NCBI GenBank assembly: GCA_010093995.1
Contig: ML992504.1
Location: forward strand, 1,164,322 to 1,228,321
From: Elsinoe ampelina
Lineage: Eukaryota
DNA: 64,000 nucleotides
Direction: 5' to 3'
Positions 22,161-35,772 of the stretch are shown here, piece by piece. A program made the translations under genes and the position numbers. Under the pieces are notes generated by a model, which worked only from the letters and a program-made list of their open reading frames with translations, made no database searches and was not told where the DNA came from. How positions within the stretch are numbered: position 1 is the stretch's first letter; every line of letters begins with the position of its first letter.

Positions 22161-25100
22161 ATGCATAAGATAGGTCAGATCACTGGTCAAGCCAGACATG
22201 GTTGGGACGCTATGAGGCCCTCCATGGGCTTCAGCCGACCTCATCAACACGACTTGTCGGGTCCCCCGCCAGGGAAGCGAAACCACGGAGCAGTAAACGC
22301 TCTACCACCAAACCCGGCCATGCCTGGTCATCTGATCAACTTATCCTTCAACGTACCATTTGCCTCGAATCTTGCTGGTCTCGAACCCGAAGAAGTCATC
22401 TATGCCAGTCCTGGAGCCTTCAACCGCTGGACGCATCCTCAGGGAACCCCGGAAGGCACTCCGATTCACGAGCTACCAGTGCACAGAAGAGATGTTGAAA
22501 ACTTGAGAACACTATGCAAGACCATGAGTGAAGGCAGTGGAGGTGCAGTACAAGCGACAGTCACATCTTCAAAGCCAAAGCCAGTCCCTGGCATGCAGAG
22601 AGGGCCACTCACAGCTCTCGTGACCAACGTCTGCATCTCTGGTGACGCTGAGATAGTGCACAAGATGAGATCCAAGATACTCAACGACACACCCATCACT
22701 CTTGTACGATATGTCGAAGCCTGTTGATGGTCGTATGCTGACAAAATTGCTAGCGCTCCAGCAGTGTCGAAGTGTCTCCGAGTCTCCTCATGAATCCCGA
22801 CCAGACAGAATGTAGGGCTGATGTCTTGAAACACATGGACGAAATAGCAGACAAGACAAAAGCCGATATTTTCCTGTTACACCCCAAGCAAACGGATGAG
22901 TCCGCGAGCATCCACGGAAACCTCGAGCTCAGCACAGAGGGCAAGCTTCGAGTCGTCATCTACGGGGACATGGAATGCTGCGATCACGCGAAGACCAGAC
23001 TTCTCATCATGATTGATCAGATTGTGGGTAGCCAAATTAGCCAGGCGTTGAGTGACACAATACTAACATACAACAGCTCGGCCGTGTCGTTGATACCATC
23101 AAACTCGAACTGACTCTGCACAACCTCATCTGCGGACGCCATCGACGCAACATCAAGCTGATCGAGTCTGCTACTAACACTGCCATCTACTTTCCTCCGC
23201 TGTTCCCGACAGTCTTTGGCTATTCACCTGCGGGAGCATTCCCACGTTCAAGAGACGAGATCATCATCACTGGCGATAATCAGGATAACATTCTGCAAGC
23301 CAAGAAGCGACTGTACGACCTTGTTCAGGCAACCAAGACTTTCGTCAAGGACGTCGCAATCACCACAAGCAAAGTCGACTACATCCTGCTTGAGCGTCTG
23401 GAGAAGATCAAGAAGATCATCGAGCAGAATGGTTCTTACGTCCTTCTCCCTCCTCTTGGCAACCATAGCGGTGTTCTTCGTGTCCAGGCCACCGACATCC
23501 TCAACGTTGAGCGCACTGTTCGCGAGATCATGTCACTGGTATGGTCTAACTCTCGTTTATCCTACGTGTACTGACATTCTTCAAGGCTGGTCAATTCTAC
23601 AGTGCTTCATGGTGGTTAACAGGCCTAGAAGCATCTCAACGCCAACCCACTCCCGCCGATATCCGCGCCATGCTTCCTGATATCTGCATCAACTCTGGTG
23701 CCGAGATCACGTTCGAAAAGCTCAACTTCCACATCAATGGTAGTGATGACGCCGTCAAGGCTGCCATGACCATCATCAACTCGCTGCCATTCGTCAAGAA
23801 GGCATCTTCCACCCTTCGCGTCAAGGTCGAACTAGCCAACGAACACAAGGAATTCGTTAGCGGCAAGAAGAACGGCAAGATCAACAAGATTATGAGTCAG
23901 AGTAATGTTCAGATCGTCTTCGATGGCTTCAACGAGTACAACTTTTACATAGACGTCAGAGGATCGTCCTACGAAGCCACGAAGAATGGACTGGATCTCG
24001 TCGAGCTCGAGATGCCTGCTTCCATCTCCTTTCACGTTCCGGATCAGTATCATAAGCGTATCATTGGCATAGGTGGTCAACACATCCAGCGTATCATGAA
24101 AAAGTACTCTGTCTTTGTCAAGTTCAGCAACGCCATGGACAGAGGTGTTCATGGAAAGGACGAGGATGATGTCAAGATCGACAACGTGATCTGCCGCACA
24201 CCAGCCAGGAACGCTGACAATCTGGAACTCGTCAAGAATGAGATCATGGAAATGGTCGAAAAGGTTGATGCAGAGTTTGTCTCCGAGAACGTCCCCGTCG
24301 ACCGCCTCTATCACCGCGAGCTCATTGCGCGCATGGGTGAAATTGAAGAGCTCGAGAAGAAGTGGAATTGTAAGATTACATTCCCTGGCACCGAGCAGGC
24401 GAGCGACATCATTGTGGTGTCTGGGCCTGAGTACCAGGTTCCACAGGCTGTTGACGAGTTTTTGGTAAGCATAGATCTCCCACGGTTGCTGATGCGGTTT
24501 ACTAATAAGATCACAGGGCATGGTACCAGAGAGCCACGACATTGCTTTCCCAAGCTCGCCCGAACTTCGCGAATATCTGACGTCGAATGATTTCCGCACC
24601 GACACTCTGCAGAAGCTACGCGAGCAGTATGTGGTTGAAGTTCTTGTCCGCCAGCCAAAGGCAGAGCCTATCGAAGGGCAGCCCTCCCAGACCAGAGTCG
24701 TTGAGAATCTGCTCTTGACGTACACTCGCAACAACGCCGGGGGTCTCAAGGATGCTATCGACTTTCTGATCATCAAGCTGGTCGGTCATGGACTGGATTC
24801 CAGCACTCTTCGCGGTGCCATCCCAAGGCCAAAGTCCGATTCTTTCGAGGACTCTATGCCGTACTTTGACTCCAAACTGCTCCAACGTGCCGAGCCACCT
24901 CTCTCAACCGAGTCTCCAACTCGTGCACAGTTCGAAGACACTGAGCACCGCTCCATCTTCGACAAGCTGCGTAAGCCTGGCAGCATCTCCTCTTTTTCAT
25001 CTTTCCTTGACCGGCGTAAGAACGGTGGTACTAGCACTCCTGGTTCTTTGTTCAAGCATGCATCTAGCAATGCATCCAAGGCATCTCTGGTCAGCATGGA

Positions 25101-25500
25101 GTCTCGCGAGTCAGGGTATAGAAATCCTTGGAACGACTCCGGTATCGACCTCGAACACGATCAACTTCATCCCCATAACAGCTGGGGATCTTTCACTGCA
25201 GCTGGAAGTAGACCAGCCACTTCTTCAGCATCTCTCACGACATATGAAAGTAAATTTCCTTTCGGCGCAGGCAATGCATCCAGCACTTCCCTCAACACAC
25301 CTATCATCCCTGGTCTAGGTGGCGATGTGACGCCCAAATACGACGCAGCAGCTGATGGACACCCGAAATCAGCCACTCCTCATGCGTCTGCCACCAGTCT
25401 GACCAGCTTGAAGGACACCCCCCGCCCGACTTCCAGTTCCACCACCACCACCGCACCTGCTGACTCTGGATACCCGGCCCCCATCGGGCCCCCGCGATGA
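22161..25500 (+). CDS. Multi-KH-domain RNA-binding protein (Mug60/YLL032C-like)
   Basis: KH GxxG loops: EHKEFVSGKKNGKINKIM, YHKRIIGIGGQHIQRIMKKY; multiple GT-AG introns. Confidence 0.85.
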
Positions 25501-26242
25501 TACCAATATACCCCAACCAAAATCTGCTTTTACTGCTCGATACCACAAGACTCTCATGTACTTTTTTTTCTCACTGCTACGGTACGGAACTATCATGACG
25601 GCCAACACGCTCCTTTATGTTCGTTTCGATTGCGACGATTTCAAAGACACTCCTTTTGCACGATACCACCGTTGCTTTTGACTTTTTCGTTGTCTCTGCG
25701 ATTCAGTTCTCAATACACGGGGCGTACGGGGCCATCACGGCCTTTCAGTCTTTCATGCCTCTTGCCGTCAAAGGGGCTCACATTGGTCCATTGCCAGGCA
25801 ACCCGCGCTTGGTGCCTCAATTCCTGGCTCAAGCGGACGATTTGTAACAAGCTGAGATTGGCAGAGCACTTGGAACGCAGATGTGACCTTGACGAGGCAA
25901 GCGGCACGGTGTAGCATCTACGATCGATACCCCTGGTGCGCTCCGCTACAGCTGGCAATTCAAGGACACATGGAGACATAGCCCGTAGTCGAGACAGATG
26001 AATGCAGCCGATGACTTTGAACTCAGACTAAGCCTGCTCTATCGTGGCAAGAGATATTGTACACTGCCTCCTGCCTCTCCCTCTTCCTCCCACTGAAACC
26101 ATGCCGCTAAAACGCATCACACAATCCCCACTAGCACCCACCTCTCCCTCTGCCCTTCACCATCCCTCTCCCAGCTGCCTCGCCTCGCCCTGCCCTCCCC
26201 CTTCGCCCTCCCCCTCTTCCTCCCCCCGCCGCATCTCACCTC

Positions 26243-28842
26243 CTAAGCCCCCCCCTCCCCCACCTCCACATCCCCCCTCCCCCCGACCAACCCGCCCACG
26301 GTCCCCACCGGGCCCCTCTCCCTCTCCACCAACTCCAACGCCTCGGTCACACTTCCCACAAACTTACCCTCGCCACCCACCAACTCCACGATCCCACTCA
26401 CCTCCATGAGGCGCCAAACCTCGCTCCTCTTCCCCATGACCCTGCAGAAGTAAATCCGCACGCCCCTATCCGCGTACCCCTCGACAATCTCCAGCAAGAC
26501 CTGCGCGGCGGCGGGGTCCATGCCCGTCACGCCATGGCAATCCAGTATCAACGTCTTGTCCTTGTCCTTGTCGGTGTTGCGGACGCGGGGGAGGGCGGGG
26601 TGCGCGAGGGAGGTCCCGTGCGCCTCGATGCGGCGAAGGCGGTCTTTCAGGGAGCCCGTGTTGGCGAACGTGAGGGGTTCCGGGATCTTGATGATGAGCG
26701 TGTTTTCCATGTATTCCAGCTCCGGGCCGTGGGTGCGCGAGGCGTGGGACTCTGCGTTTTCAAAGGTTTTGGAGCCAGGGACGCGGCCGAGGATCTGGAT
26801 GCGGGGACGGGTCGAGTGCCGGAGGAGGCGGAGCAGGGAGAGGGCGATGCCGGCGAAGATGCCGATGCGGAGGTTCCAGAGGAAGGTGGTGAGGAAGATG
26901 AGGAGCATGAGGAGGAGTTCGGAGTAGCCTGAGATGCGCCAGAAGAAGGAGATGTCGTGCGGGGCTTCTTCGATGAGGGAGTAGGCTACTACGGAGATCA
27001 TGGCGGAGAGGACGCCTTTCTGGGGAGAGATTAGGGGTTTGGTGGAGGGGGTGGGGGAAGGGAGGGGGAACGTACCGGGATGTAGTAGAAGTAGGGGAGG
27101 AGGAAGAGGATGCAGATTACGGTGATGAGGGAGAGGAAGATGCTGGACATGGGGGTTTTACCGCCGGTGGACGCGTTGACTTTGCTGCGTCCGTAGCCGC
27201 CAAAGGCTGGGAGAGCCATGAATAGGCCGCCGATGATGTTGGCGACGCCAAGGGCGACGAGTTCCCTGTTAGGGCTGACGACCATGCCTTCGATGCCGTC
27301 AGGCTGTTCATCTTCGTCGTCGGACTTCTTCTGCTGCTTCTTTCGTTTGGGGGCTGCGCCGAGACTCTTTGCTGCTACGCTGGACTCGAAGAAGCCGAGC
27401 AGGGCGATAAGGATACCGGTACTGAAAGCGTCTGTGGCGTGTTCGAGCATGCTTGGTTCGAATGGGAAATGTGCTTTGAACGGTCGGCCTTCTGCTTCGA
27501 TGTTGCCCAGGATATCCAGACCTTTGCTGTGCCAATCGAATCGCCAGGCAAACACTGCGGACAAGACCACGACGAGGAACCGGTCAGGTATGTAAGCCAC
27601 CCATTCCATCCTTGGCTGAAGCTGCTTCTTGACCTCTCTGCAGACCATAACGATCGCAAACGCACCAAAGCTGACTGCACACGTCAAGCCGTGAGCATAC
27701 TCGTAATTGTTGAACAGGAACATGATCTTGTCCAAGCTGGATCCATGTACCGCCCCATGCGCGGCCTTGTCCAATCCCATTTCCGGGATCAGCTGGTCCA
27801 CGAAGATGACAATACCGATGGCTGATATGAAGCCACGCAAGAAGGGCCGCGAAAGGACACTATCGAGAAATCCGAGGCGACAAAGTCCAGCAACCAAGAT
27901 GACGGCACCGGATATGCCAGTGATCATGCCCGCGATCTGTGTGCTCTTTGTAAAGTCGTCATCTCTGTGCTTACCATTAGATATATTTTCGCGGACGACT
28001 TGGCCAGTCAGGAGGGAGCCAGCAGCTTCGGGGCCCACGACCATCTGTGGGCAAGTACCGAGCATGGCGTATATGAAAGGGTTGAAAGCGAAAGAGTACA
28101 GTCCATTGATAGGTGGCAAGTGTCCAAGATTAGAGGCGTAAGATAGTGACATTGGTAGGTAGAAAGAGGCCATGGTAAAAGCAGATATCAGGTCGCCCCG
28201 TACATAGGTCCAACGGTACTGTCGTATCCAGTTTAGGAAGGGGAAATAGTAGAGGATGTACATCTTCCGCCGATCGGTGATACCGTGCCTTTGCGCCAAC
28301 ATCTTTGTCATATCCATCTCTTGCTGGGTGAGAGGGTCATCTATGGTCTCTCGTCGGAGTAAGGACTCGGGGAGAAAGCGACTGGCAAAGCCAAAGGTGA
28401 TGGAATCGATGGAGCTGACGGTCCGCTGGGTTTGTGGTCGGGGAGAGTATGCGCCATTCGCACGACTAGTCGAGCCGTATGACTGTCCATTGTACTGTGC
28501 ATCCAAGAGGCTGGTTCTTACGTCTGCTCGGTTTCGAGAGTCCCCAGATCCGCCAACTCTTGTCTCCTCATCGTCAGAGTATGGTGAATTGAAGTCTGCA
28601 CTTGTCGATCTAGGACTGTCCTCGTTGTCATCTTGTCGGCCTGGACTGCTGTCCATGCGCTCAGGAGAAGTAGACAGTGCGCCGAGGTTGTCGCTACTGT
28701 TGGAGACTACTCTCGAATTCCGTAGTCCTGACGGATTGGAGGGGATATGTTGTGACCATGCCGGAGTCGTGGACGAGCTTCGTGAATGTCCCGGCGATCC
28801 ACTTCGTCCAGGATCAGGGGGATTGGAGCCTGGTTGAGCCAT
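26243..28842 (-). CDS. SulP/SLC26 sulfate/anion transporter with STAS domain (YPR003C-like)
   Basis: GDLISAFTMASFYLPMSLSYA, PQMVVGPEA, NRELVALGVAN, GGYGRSKVN; STAS domain (PLTFAN, LILDCHGVTGMD); intron ~27075-27020. Confidence 0.92.
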
Positions 28843-29256
28843 CTTCTATACAGCCCGCCAATCGACGCTGGACATGTTCTGCCAGTCGGCTTCTTTTACA
28901 AATAACCTTCAGCAGACTCTCGAGTCCGCTCTGACGTCAATGGCGGCGGTCGTGCTGGCAATGGAAAAGTAGGTCGCAACTGTAGGGGCCACACAAGATA
29001 AGGACCGTGGAGAAGCAATCTCAAATTGCTAAATCATGGGGAAATTATGAAATAGGAGTATGTCGGCACATCGATATCGGATAGGAGCAAGGTCATTCGG
29101 CGACAGTCACAATCCGCGCGGTCAAGTCCGGTCGATCCTTTTGATGATGATGCAGGAAGAAGCTTGTTTCCCCGCAGTCTACACCGAACAAATCATCTCG
29201 CCAATAACAGGTCAGGAACAAGTGGCTTTGATTACTATGCGAAGAGATTACACTAT

Positions 29257-30617
29257 CTACACATTTTGCTCGTTGACGAAAAGGCCAGCCATACCCTGAC
29301 CAGTACCAATGCACATGGTTGTCAACAGAATCTTCTTCTTCGTCCTCCTGCACTCGGACAGACCTGTGACGACTTGCCGAGCACCAGTGGCACCGAGAGG
29401 GTGGCCAAGAGCAATGGCACCACCACGTGGATTCATCTTCTCCCATGGGATGTTGAGCTTGTCCTTGCAGTAGACTGCCATTGAAGCGAAAGCCTCGTTG
29501 AGCTCGAAAATATCAATGTCATCAACGGTGAGACCGTACTTGCCGAGAAGCTTGGGCACGGCGATTGAAGGACCAATACCCATGATTCTTGGGGCGAGAC
29601 CAGCGACGGTGGCGCCGACAAACTTGGCCATGATCGGTTGGCCAAGCTCAATGGCCTTGCTGCGCTTCATGAGAAGGACAGCAGCGGCGCCATCCGTGAC
29701 TTGCGATGAGTTACCAGCGTGGCTGCGGTCACCGTGTGGCAAGAAAGCAGGCTTGATCTTCGCGAGCGACTCGTAGGTGGTGCCGTACCGTGGACCCTCA
29801 TCCTTGGTGAGTGTGATCTCCTTCTCCTCGCCAGTCTTGGGGTCCTTGACCTTGACCTTGATGGGGACAATTTCGTCGTCAAAGTAGCCAGCCTTTTGTG
29901 CGACCTCTGCCCTGCGGTATGACTCTGCGGCGTATCTGTCTTGTGTCTCTCTTGAGATGTTGAAGTCCTTGCCTACATTCTCTGATGTCTGGCCCATGGG
30001 CTGCATGCAGTCGGCCGAGTCTTGGTTGGCGTTGAGGATTTCGTCCACGAACGGGCGCTCGAGACGGTCACCGCCCTGGGTCATTGACTCGACTCCCATG
30101 GCCACACCGATGTCGATTGAGCCAGCAATGATTTGGTTGGAAATGTCTTGGATGGCCTTCAAGCCGGAGGAGCAGAAACGGTTGACTGAGGAAGCGGCGG
30201 TGGTGGTAGGGAAGCCAGCAGCGAGGACTGCAGCGCGGGAGTAGTATGCGGCCTTTGCGTCGGACACCTGTGCATGTCAGTCTAATATTACGCATGCGGA
30301 CACCAGCACACTCACGTTGCCGACACAGACATCCTCGACCAATTGCGGGTCAAGGTTGGCCTTGCGCACGACCTGCTCCAACATCTTGAGCATCAAACCA
30401 TCAAGGAGAGTGTCCTTGAAGCCACCCTTCTTGCCCTTGGCAAGTGGAGTGCGGATGGCAAGAGTCACGACAATATCGTCGGGGTGCTTCTCCTGGCTGC
30501 GCCGGGTCAGCAAGCTGCCGGATGAAGCTCGTGAGGGGGAATGGGAGCTTACATGACATCGATGGGCCGCTTGGTGCCAGTGAGCTGGCGGACAACGGAT
30601 TGAAGGCGTTCGGCCAT
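29257..30617 (-). CDS. POT1: Peroxisomal 3-ketoacyl-CoA thiolase
   Basis: NRFCSSG, NEAFA, GHPLGATG, MCIGTGQG; PTS2 RLQSVVRQL at the N-terminus; two introns. Confidence 0.92.
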
Positions 30618-30976
30618 GTTTGCGGTAATGTTGGGTGGAAAGGTATACTAGGGTAGAATGGAGGGAGTGTCGTCAGAGGTAATGAGGAATGAAAAAGGGC
30701 AGAGTCTGATGTCTTTGTAGATGAATAAACGCCGCCGTCGGCACATGCTCCCAAGACCTCGGGGACGCTTCAAGTTCACCCACCAAATCTGCTTGGGCCG
30801 AGGTCTCGCACGTTTGGCGCTTCTGGCCCATTTTCTCTCCGCAAAACACGAGCCCCGCCAAGGGCTCTGCCCCGGATTTCAATGGGCCGAGGGTATTCAC
30901 TTTTTGTATTGGTATCCGCTACATATTAATGTCATGGGACTGCTTGACCTTAGTAGTGATCCCGATAGTACATTTG

Positions 30977-32350
30977 TCAGCCTTTCTCTGACTTGACCTC
31001 GACGTCAGTCGGTGGTGTCTCCTCCTTCTTGACCTCACTGTCCGATACAGAACTAATACTGAGGTTGCTGGACCTTTTGGACACGGTTCGTGCTGGTGCT
31101 GCCAGCTCTGATCCTCGTGCGCCATCAGGGGTCGAAGGCCTCGAAGAATCACTAGGTATCCGCGGCGAAGGACGTCCGTCTACACCTGAAAGTGCACCAG
31201 GAGCCTTCTTCCGCCTAGCCGTACTTTGACTGCTCGTCCGACGAGTGACCTCAGATCCCCTGCGATTTCGTCCTTCTGGTTCGGGAGTAGGCGTCGAACT
31301 ACGAGAGCTCGATCGAGAGTTACCGTCTGATAGAAGACCATCCTTGCGCTTCTCCCTTCTGATCTGAGTGCTACTCGGCTTTTCGCGGACGACCTTGGCT
31401 TTTTGATCTTGGACGACTCGCGATTTTCCAACTAGATTCTGCCAGCCCCTCCAGCCTGTCCACCAGAGTAGGCCTCCCTCCTTCTTGGCAATCTCCCTGT
31501 CTCTGATCTTGATCATCTTCCTTAAGCCTGACCTTCGCTCGTTCTCCTTCTCCCAGTACGAAGTCCTGTACGTGTCCCACTCTTCGCGGAAGTCCGGGCT
31601 GAAAGGCTTGGGCAGCAATAGCAGTTTGATCGTGTCTCCCCCTGATGCAACGTCTTCTTCGATCCAGAGGTCGTTTTTGAGTCCTTCCAGCCGTTGAAGC
31701 TTCTGCTTGTCCCCTGGCGTACGCTCAATGTCGCGCGGCAGATACTCATACCGCATACCTTTCGTCCCTGCCCAGTACCCGAAAGGTCCCAGTAGGCCAA
31801 GATATCCGACTACCTCTTTCCACCATGATCCTCGTATTACCACAACTTTTAGATTGAATCCTCGAAGGCCCCTATTGGTGATACCAACCCAGCGCCTTGG
31901 CCATCTCACACCTCGATCCCAAAGTCCTGTTCCCCATACTAGCCCCCAAGTGACCATACCTCCGACAAAGCCCATCTTTTCCATGACATCCACCACCCAG
32001 TAGACACTTCCGCCAGTCCCTTGGCCATCTTCGCGGGGTCGTAGAAAGAGCAAATACGTAAAGGTCAAGGTCCAGACTAGTAGAGCCCCCAGCAAGAGAA
32101 TGTGCAGTCGCAAGCGAGCGCGTAGGGAGAGGTACTGGGCGCGCAATGATGACTCAAGGATTAGAAGGTTGAGGTATATTTGAGGAGGTGATGACGGAAG
32201 GTGCGACACTGGATCAAGGGGAGGAGGCTGGGGAGCTGTCACTGATGTTTGAGAGGTCGATGACTTTCGCGCAGCTGTCGCAACTTGTTCGGGAGATACA
32301 TTTGGTGGAGGAGCCCCTTTGACGATGCGGTCGAGAGTGTTGGACGACAT
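30977..32350 (-). CDS. SPO7: Nem1-Spo7 phosphatase regulatory subunit
   Basis: SSPPQIYLNLLILESSLRAQY, two TM segments, NRGLRGFN, FREEWDTYRTSYWEKENERR. Confidence 0.9.
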   Translation of the reverse strand: MSSNTLDRIVKGAPPPNVSPEQVATAARKSSTSQTSVTAPQPPPLDPVSHLPSSPPQIYLNLLILESSLRAQYLSLRARLRLHILLLGALLVWTLTFTYLLFLRPREDGQGTGGSVYWVVDVMEKMGFVGGMVTWGLVWGTGLWDRGVRWPRRWVGITNRGLRGFNLKVVVIRGSWWKEVVGYLGLLGPFGYWAGTKGMRYEYLPRDIERTPGDKQKLQRLEGLKNDLWIEEDVASGGDTIKLLLLPKPFSPDFREEWDTYRTSYWEKENERRSGLRKMIKIRDREIAKKEGGLLWWTGWRGWQNLVGKSRVVQDQKAKVVREKPSSTQIRREKRKDGLLSDGNSRSSSRSSTPTPEPEGRNRRGSEVTRRTSSQSTARRKKAPGALSGVDGRPSPRIPSDSSRPSTPDGARGSELAAPARTVSKRSSNLSISSVSDSEVKKEETPPTDVEVKSEKG

Positions 32351-32986
32351 GTGACGCCAAAAGTCAGCTTCGAAAGAAGCTGTTGCTGCTGAGGCTTTTT
32401 TTGGCGATGAAGCTGGGCCGACTATGCGGCCAAAGAGTGTTTCAATTGATCAGACCATGTTGTTTGTGGACGTGACCAGCTTTCAGATAGTGGTGGAAGT
32501 AAAGGTCTGCCTACCCAAAGTAATTTCAGGCGAGGCGCAATGTGGCTGGCCGTTGATGATGGTGAGTGATGATTGAACGAGCAAAGTAATGAGCAGATCC
32601 GGAGATCAGCATCGGGCAAGCACTCCACTTGCAGAGCCTCACTCATTTCGTCGACATCGCAGCAAAAGCCCGGCGCCGTCATCAATCAACCCGCCGCCGG
32701 ACTTTGCGGCCTCATCATCTCCCCTCGCTCCGGACCTAACCGAATTTCATCACCATTTATTGTGGTGCCTGAGACCTAAATATTTCTCCAATGTTTATGC
32801 TTCGCCAGCATAAAGACCATCTCAGTTTCATCTCTTGTCGCCACCATTCCCTCCTTCGCACTGCGCTCTCGTAGCGCTGCCCTCCTGCGCTTGCGAGCTC
32901 TCTCCTCAACACATTCTACCAGATTACCTCACAAGCTCTCGATTCCGCCAACGCCACTTTACCCGGTCTTCATACGATATAACACG

Positions 32987-34567
32987 ATGTCGGCAACAGA
33001 GACCGACCATAATGCACAAGAACGCACACAACAACCTATGCTAGCTCGCCACCGCGCAAAAGAAGAAGGAAGCCAGCCTCCTACCGCACCGAATGGAGGT
33101 AATACAGCTGCGTTCCCTTTGTCCTACAAGGAAGGGTGGTCGCAATGGTGGGCCGGTCTGTCGCCAGCTGTGACAGAGCACAAAGTCTTGTCCTTCATTC
33201 CGTATCTGCAGGGACCACCTACGCACACTCAGACCGGCACACAAACTCCAGCATCAGGCAAGGCTTCATCTGATGTAGACCGCTCTCCGGAACGAAAAGC
33301 TGCGCCAGTAACGACCTCTTCCGCCTCAGATCCATACGGCCCGCGACGATGGCAGTCCAATCTAGTCCAACTTGCAGGAAAGAATCGCTTCCTCAACGAG
33401 TTCTCGGTGGAACGTGTAGGCGAGCAGACAGACAACAACCTTGTCATGCTTCATGGATACGGTGCAGGTCTCGGGTTTTTCTATCGCAACTTTGAGCCTC
33501 TGTCGCGCCTCACCGGATGGAAGTTGTATGCACTAGACCTCCTCGGTATGGGCCGCTCGTCTCGTCCACCCTTCCGCATCGCAGCCAAGGACCATCAGGG
33601 CAAGATCTCAGAAGCAGAGTCGTGGTTCGTAGACTCATTAGAAGAGTGGCGGATCAAGAAGGGAATCGATCGCTTCACACTCCTGGGGCACAGCTTAGGA
33701 GGATACATGGCAGTTGCGTATGCTCTCAAGTATCCGGGTCATCTGAACAAGCTCATTTTGGCCTCGCCTGTTGGCATACCCGAGGATCCTTATGCCGTAC
33801 AAGCAGATATGCCAGAGCCTGGCGAGTCCACCCTGCAGAACGAGTTTACACAATCTGCAAATGAGTCTGCCGCACCATCGGCCGCATCAAACACAAGCGC
33901 GAACAAGCCGCCTCCACGAAAACCGCTGCCGAAGTGGCTCACCACACTCTGGGATGCGAATATCTCTCCCTTCTCATTTGTCCGCCTCTCAGGTCCGCTA
34001 GGTCCGCGATTAGTATCTGGGTGGACTAGCCGTCGATTCAGCCATCTAGATGGTGAACAGTCACAGGCGCTTCACGACTACAGCTACAGCTTGTTCCGAC
34101 AACGTGGTAGCGGAGAGTACGCGCTTGCCTACATTCTTGCCCCTGGAGCTTTCGCACGATCACCATTGATTCGCCGCATTCAAGGCGTCGGTCGACAATA
34201 CATTGGAGAGCACAAGTCACCGATTCCAGACGGCGCTACTTCTGAGCCCAACGGTAATGTCAACACACAACTCAACAAAGTCCGTGAGACTGGCGTACCC
34301 GTCGTGCTCCTCTACGGCGAGAATGACTGGATGGACGTCAAGGGCGGCTACGCTGCGGCAGAGAAGATCAAAGCAGAGAAGGAGAAAGCTCTGGCCAACG
34401 CTTCAAAGGAGGAGAGAGAAAGGGAGAATGGAGATGCCAAGGTCATTGTCATTCGGAAAGCAGGTCACCATGTCTACCTCGACTCTGCCGACCATTTCAA
34501 TGAGGTAGTCGGAGACGAGATGAAGGATGTCCAAGTCAGGGAAAAGAGGCTGGGATTCCAGAAGTAG
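32987..34567 (+). CDS. Alpha/beta hydrolase, Cld1/Ict1/ABHD4-5 family lipid deacylase/acyltransferase
   Basis: MLHGYGAG, GHSLGG nucleophile, LLYGENDWMD, AGHHVYLD (HX4D). Confidence 0.9.
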   Translation: MSATETDHNAQERTQQPMLARHRAKEEGSQPPTAPNGGNTAAFPLSYKEGWSQWWAGLSPAVTEHKVLSFIPYLQGPPTHTQTGTQTPASGKASSDVDRSPERKAAPVTTSSASDPYGPRRWQSNLVQLAGKNRFLNEFSVERVGEQTDNNLVMLHGYGAGLGFFYRNFEPLSRLTGWKLYALDLLGMGRSSRPPFRIAAKDHQGKISEAESWFVDSLEEWRIKKGIDRFTLLGHSLGGYMAVAYALKYPGHLNKLILASPVGIPEDPYAVQADMPEPGESTLQNEFTQSANESAAPSAASNTSANKPPPRKPLPKWLTTLWDANISPFSFVRLSGPLGPRLVSGWTSRRFSHLDGEQSQALHDYSYSLFRQRGSGEYALAYILAPGAFARSPLIRRIQGVGRQYIGEHKSPIPDGATSEPNGNVNTQLNKVRETGVPVVLLYGENDWMDVKGGYAAAEKIKAEKEKALANASKEERERENGDAKVIVIRKAGHHVYLDSADHFNEVVGDEMKDVQVREKRLGFQK

Positions 34568-34702
34568 AGGATAGATTGAGGATAGAAGTTACGATAGATG
34601 AGTGATATGAACATAGCGCGGCGTTGGGATGTAGACTCGATATTGACAACAGAGATCAGACTCTTCTACTGTACTTTTGTTCTCCCTTCCAGCTTCTACA
34701 CT

Positions 34703-35264
34703 CTAGATATTCTCCAGATTCATCCTCTCGCCGACATCAACGTCCGCCACGGGTGTCTCGTGACCAGCCTTCTTCGAGTTGCCGAGAACCGGTCCAGTAA
34801 TGCCATGCTCAGCCTTCCACTCGTTGATCACTCTCTCCGTAACCTTGAAGCCTTCAACACCAGCCGGCATACCACCTGCGACGGTCAGCAACCTCCATGT
34901 CATCAGTGACAAGCAACGTACAGTAGCATGCAGCCTGCAGGATGGTCTCTCTAATCTCCACCTCGCTCGCTCCATTACTCAATGCTCCCCTCGTGTGCAC
35001 TCCCAACTCAGTGCTTCTGTTCAGGGCGCAGAGCATGGCGAGGTTCAACAGACTTCTTGTCTTGAGCTCCAGCCCAGGTCGTCCCCAAATACTACCCCAG
35101 CACGCTTCCGTCACATACTCCTGCATGGGTCTGGCATAGTCGCTCGAGCCTGCGGCTAATGCTTTGTCCACGTAGGCTTTTCCCACTACTTTATTTCTCA
35201 TCTCTAGGCCCTTGGAGAACAATGTTTGATGCGCCGAAGCGAGGGCGTCAGCTTGTTGAGACAT
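34703..35264 (-). CDS. Carboxymuconolactone decarboxylase (CMD)-family protein
   Basis: GLEMRNKVVGKAYVD, WGSIWGRPGLELKTRSLLNLAML, ELGVHTRGALSNG, QAACY|.GMPAG; one intron. Confidence 0.9.
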
Positions 35265-35772
35265 GGTGGTGGTGGTAGTTGCTGTATAAGAATGTATGGA
35301 TGAGTCTTTTGCTTGGGTGATTGGTGTATAGGAAAGAGAGAATAATGCAGGAACAATATTTACCAAGATATCATCTCATCTCCAAAGCTTGATCCACCCA
35401 CATCATGACTATTTTGCCGTGCCATCATCCTGCATTTGCTTCCCTTCCAGACGCGGGGTCAAATGCGGCTCTGGATCATGTCGGGTGAGGGGAACAAGTG
35501 GGGAAAAGCGAAACCCCTGGTGGGTCCCGCCCAAAATCAGCGACCTCGGCCCCCAAAAAAGGCCAATCGTCTTGGGGTAAAAGGTCTCTGCTTCTCCAAT
35601 TCGCGTCCTTTCGTCGGCATCTGATCAGCTCCAAATGTGTTTCTATGCAATGCAGGTCGTGACTTGCACTCTTGCAACTGTTGACAGTAAGTGCTCGCGC
35701 TCTCATATCTCGTTCGTGACGTCTGTCCACCGCCTGCACATCGACATCAAGGTCATCGCCACCATCACCAAC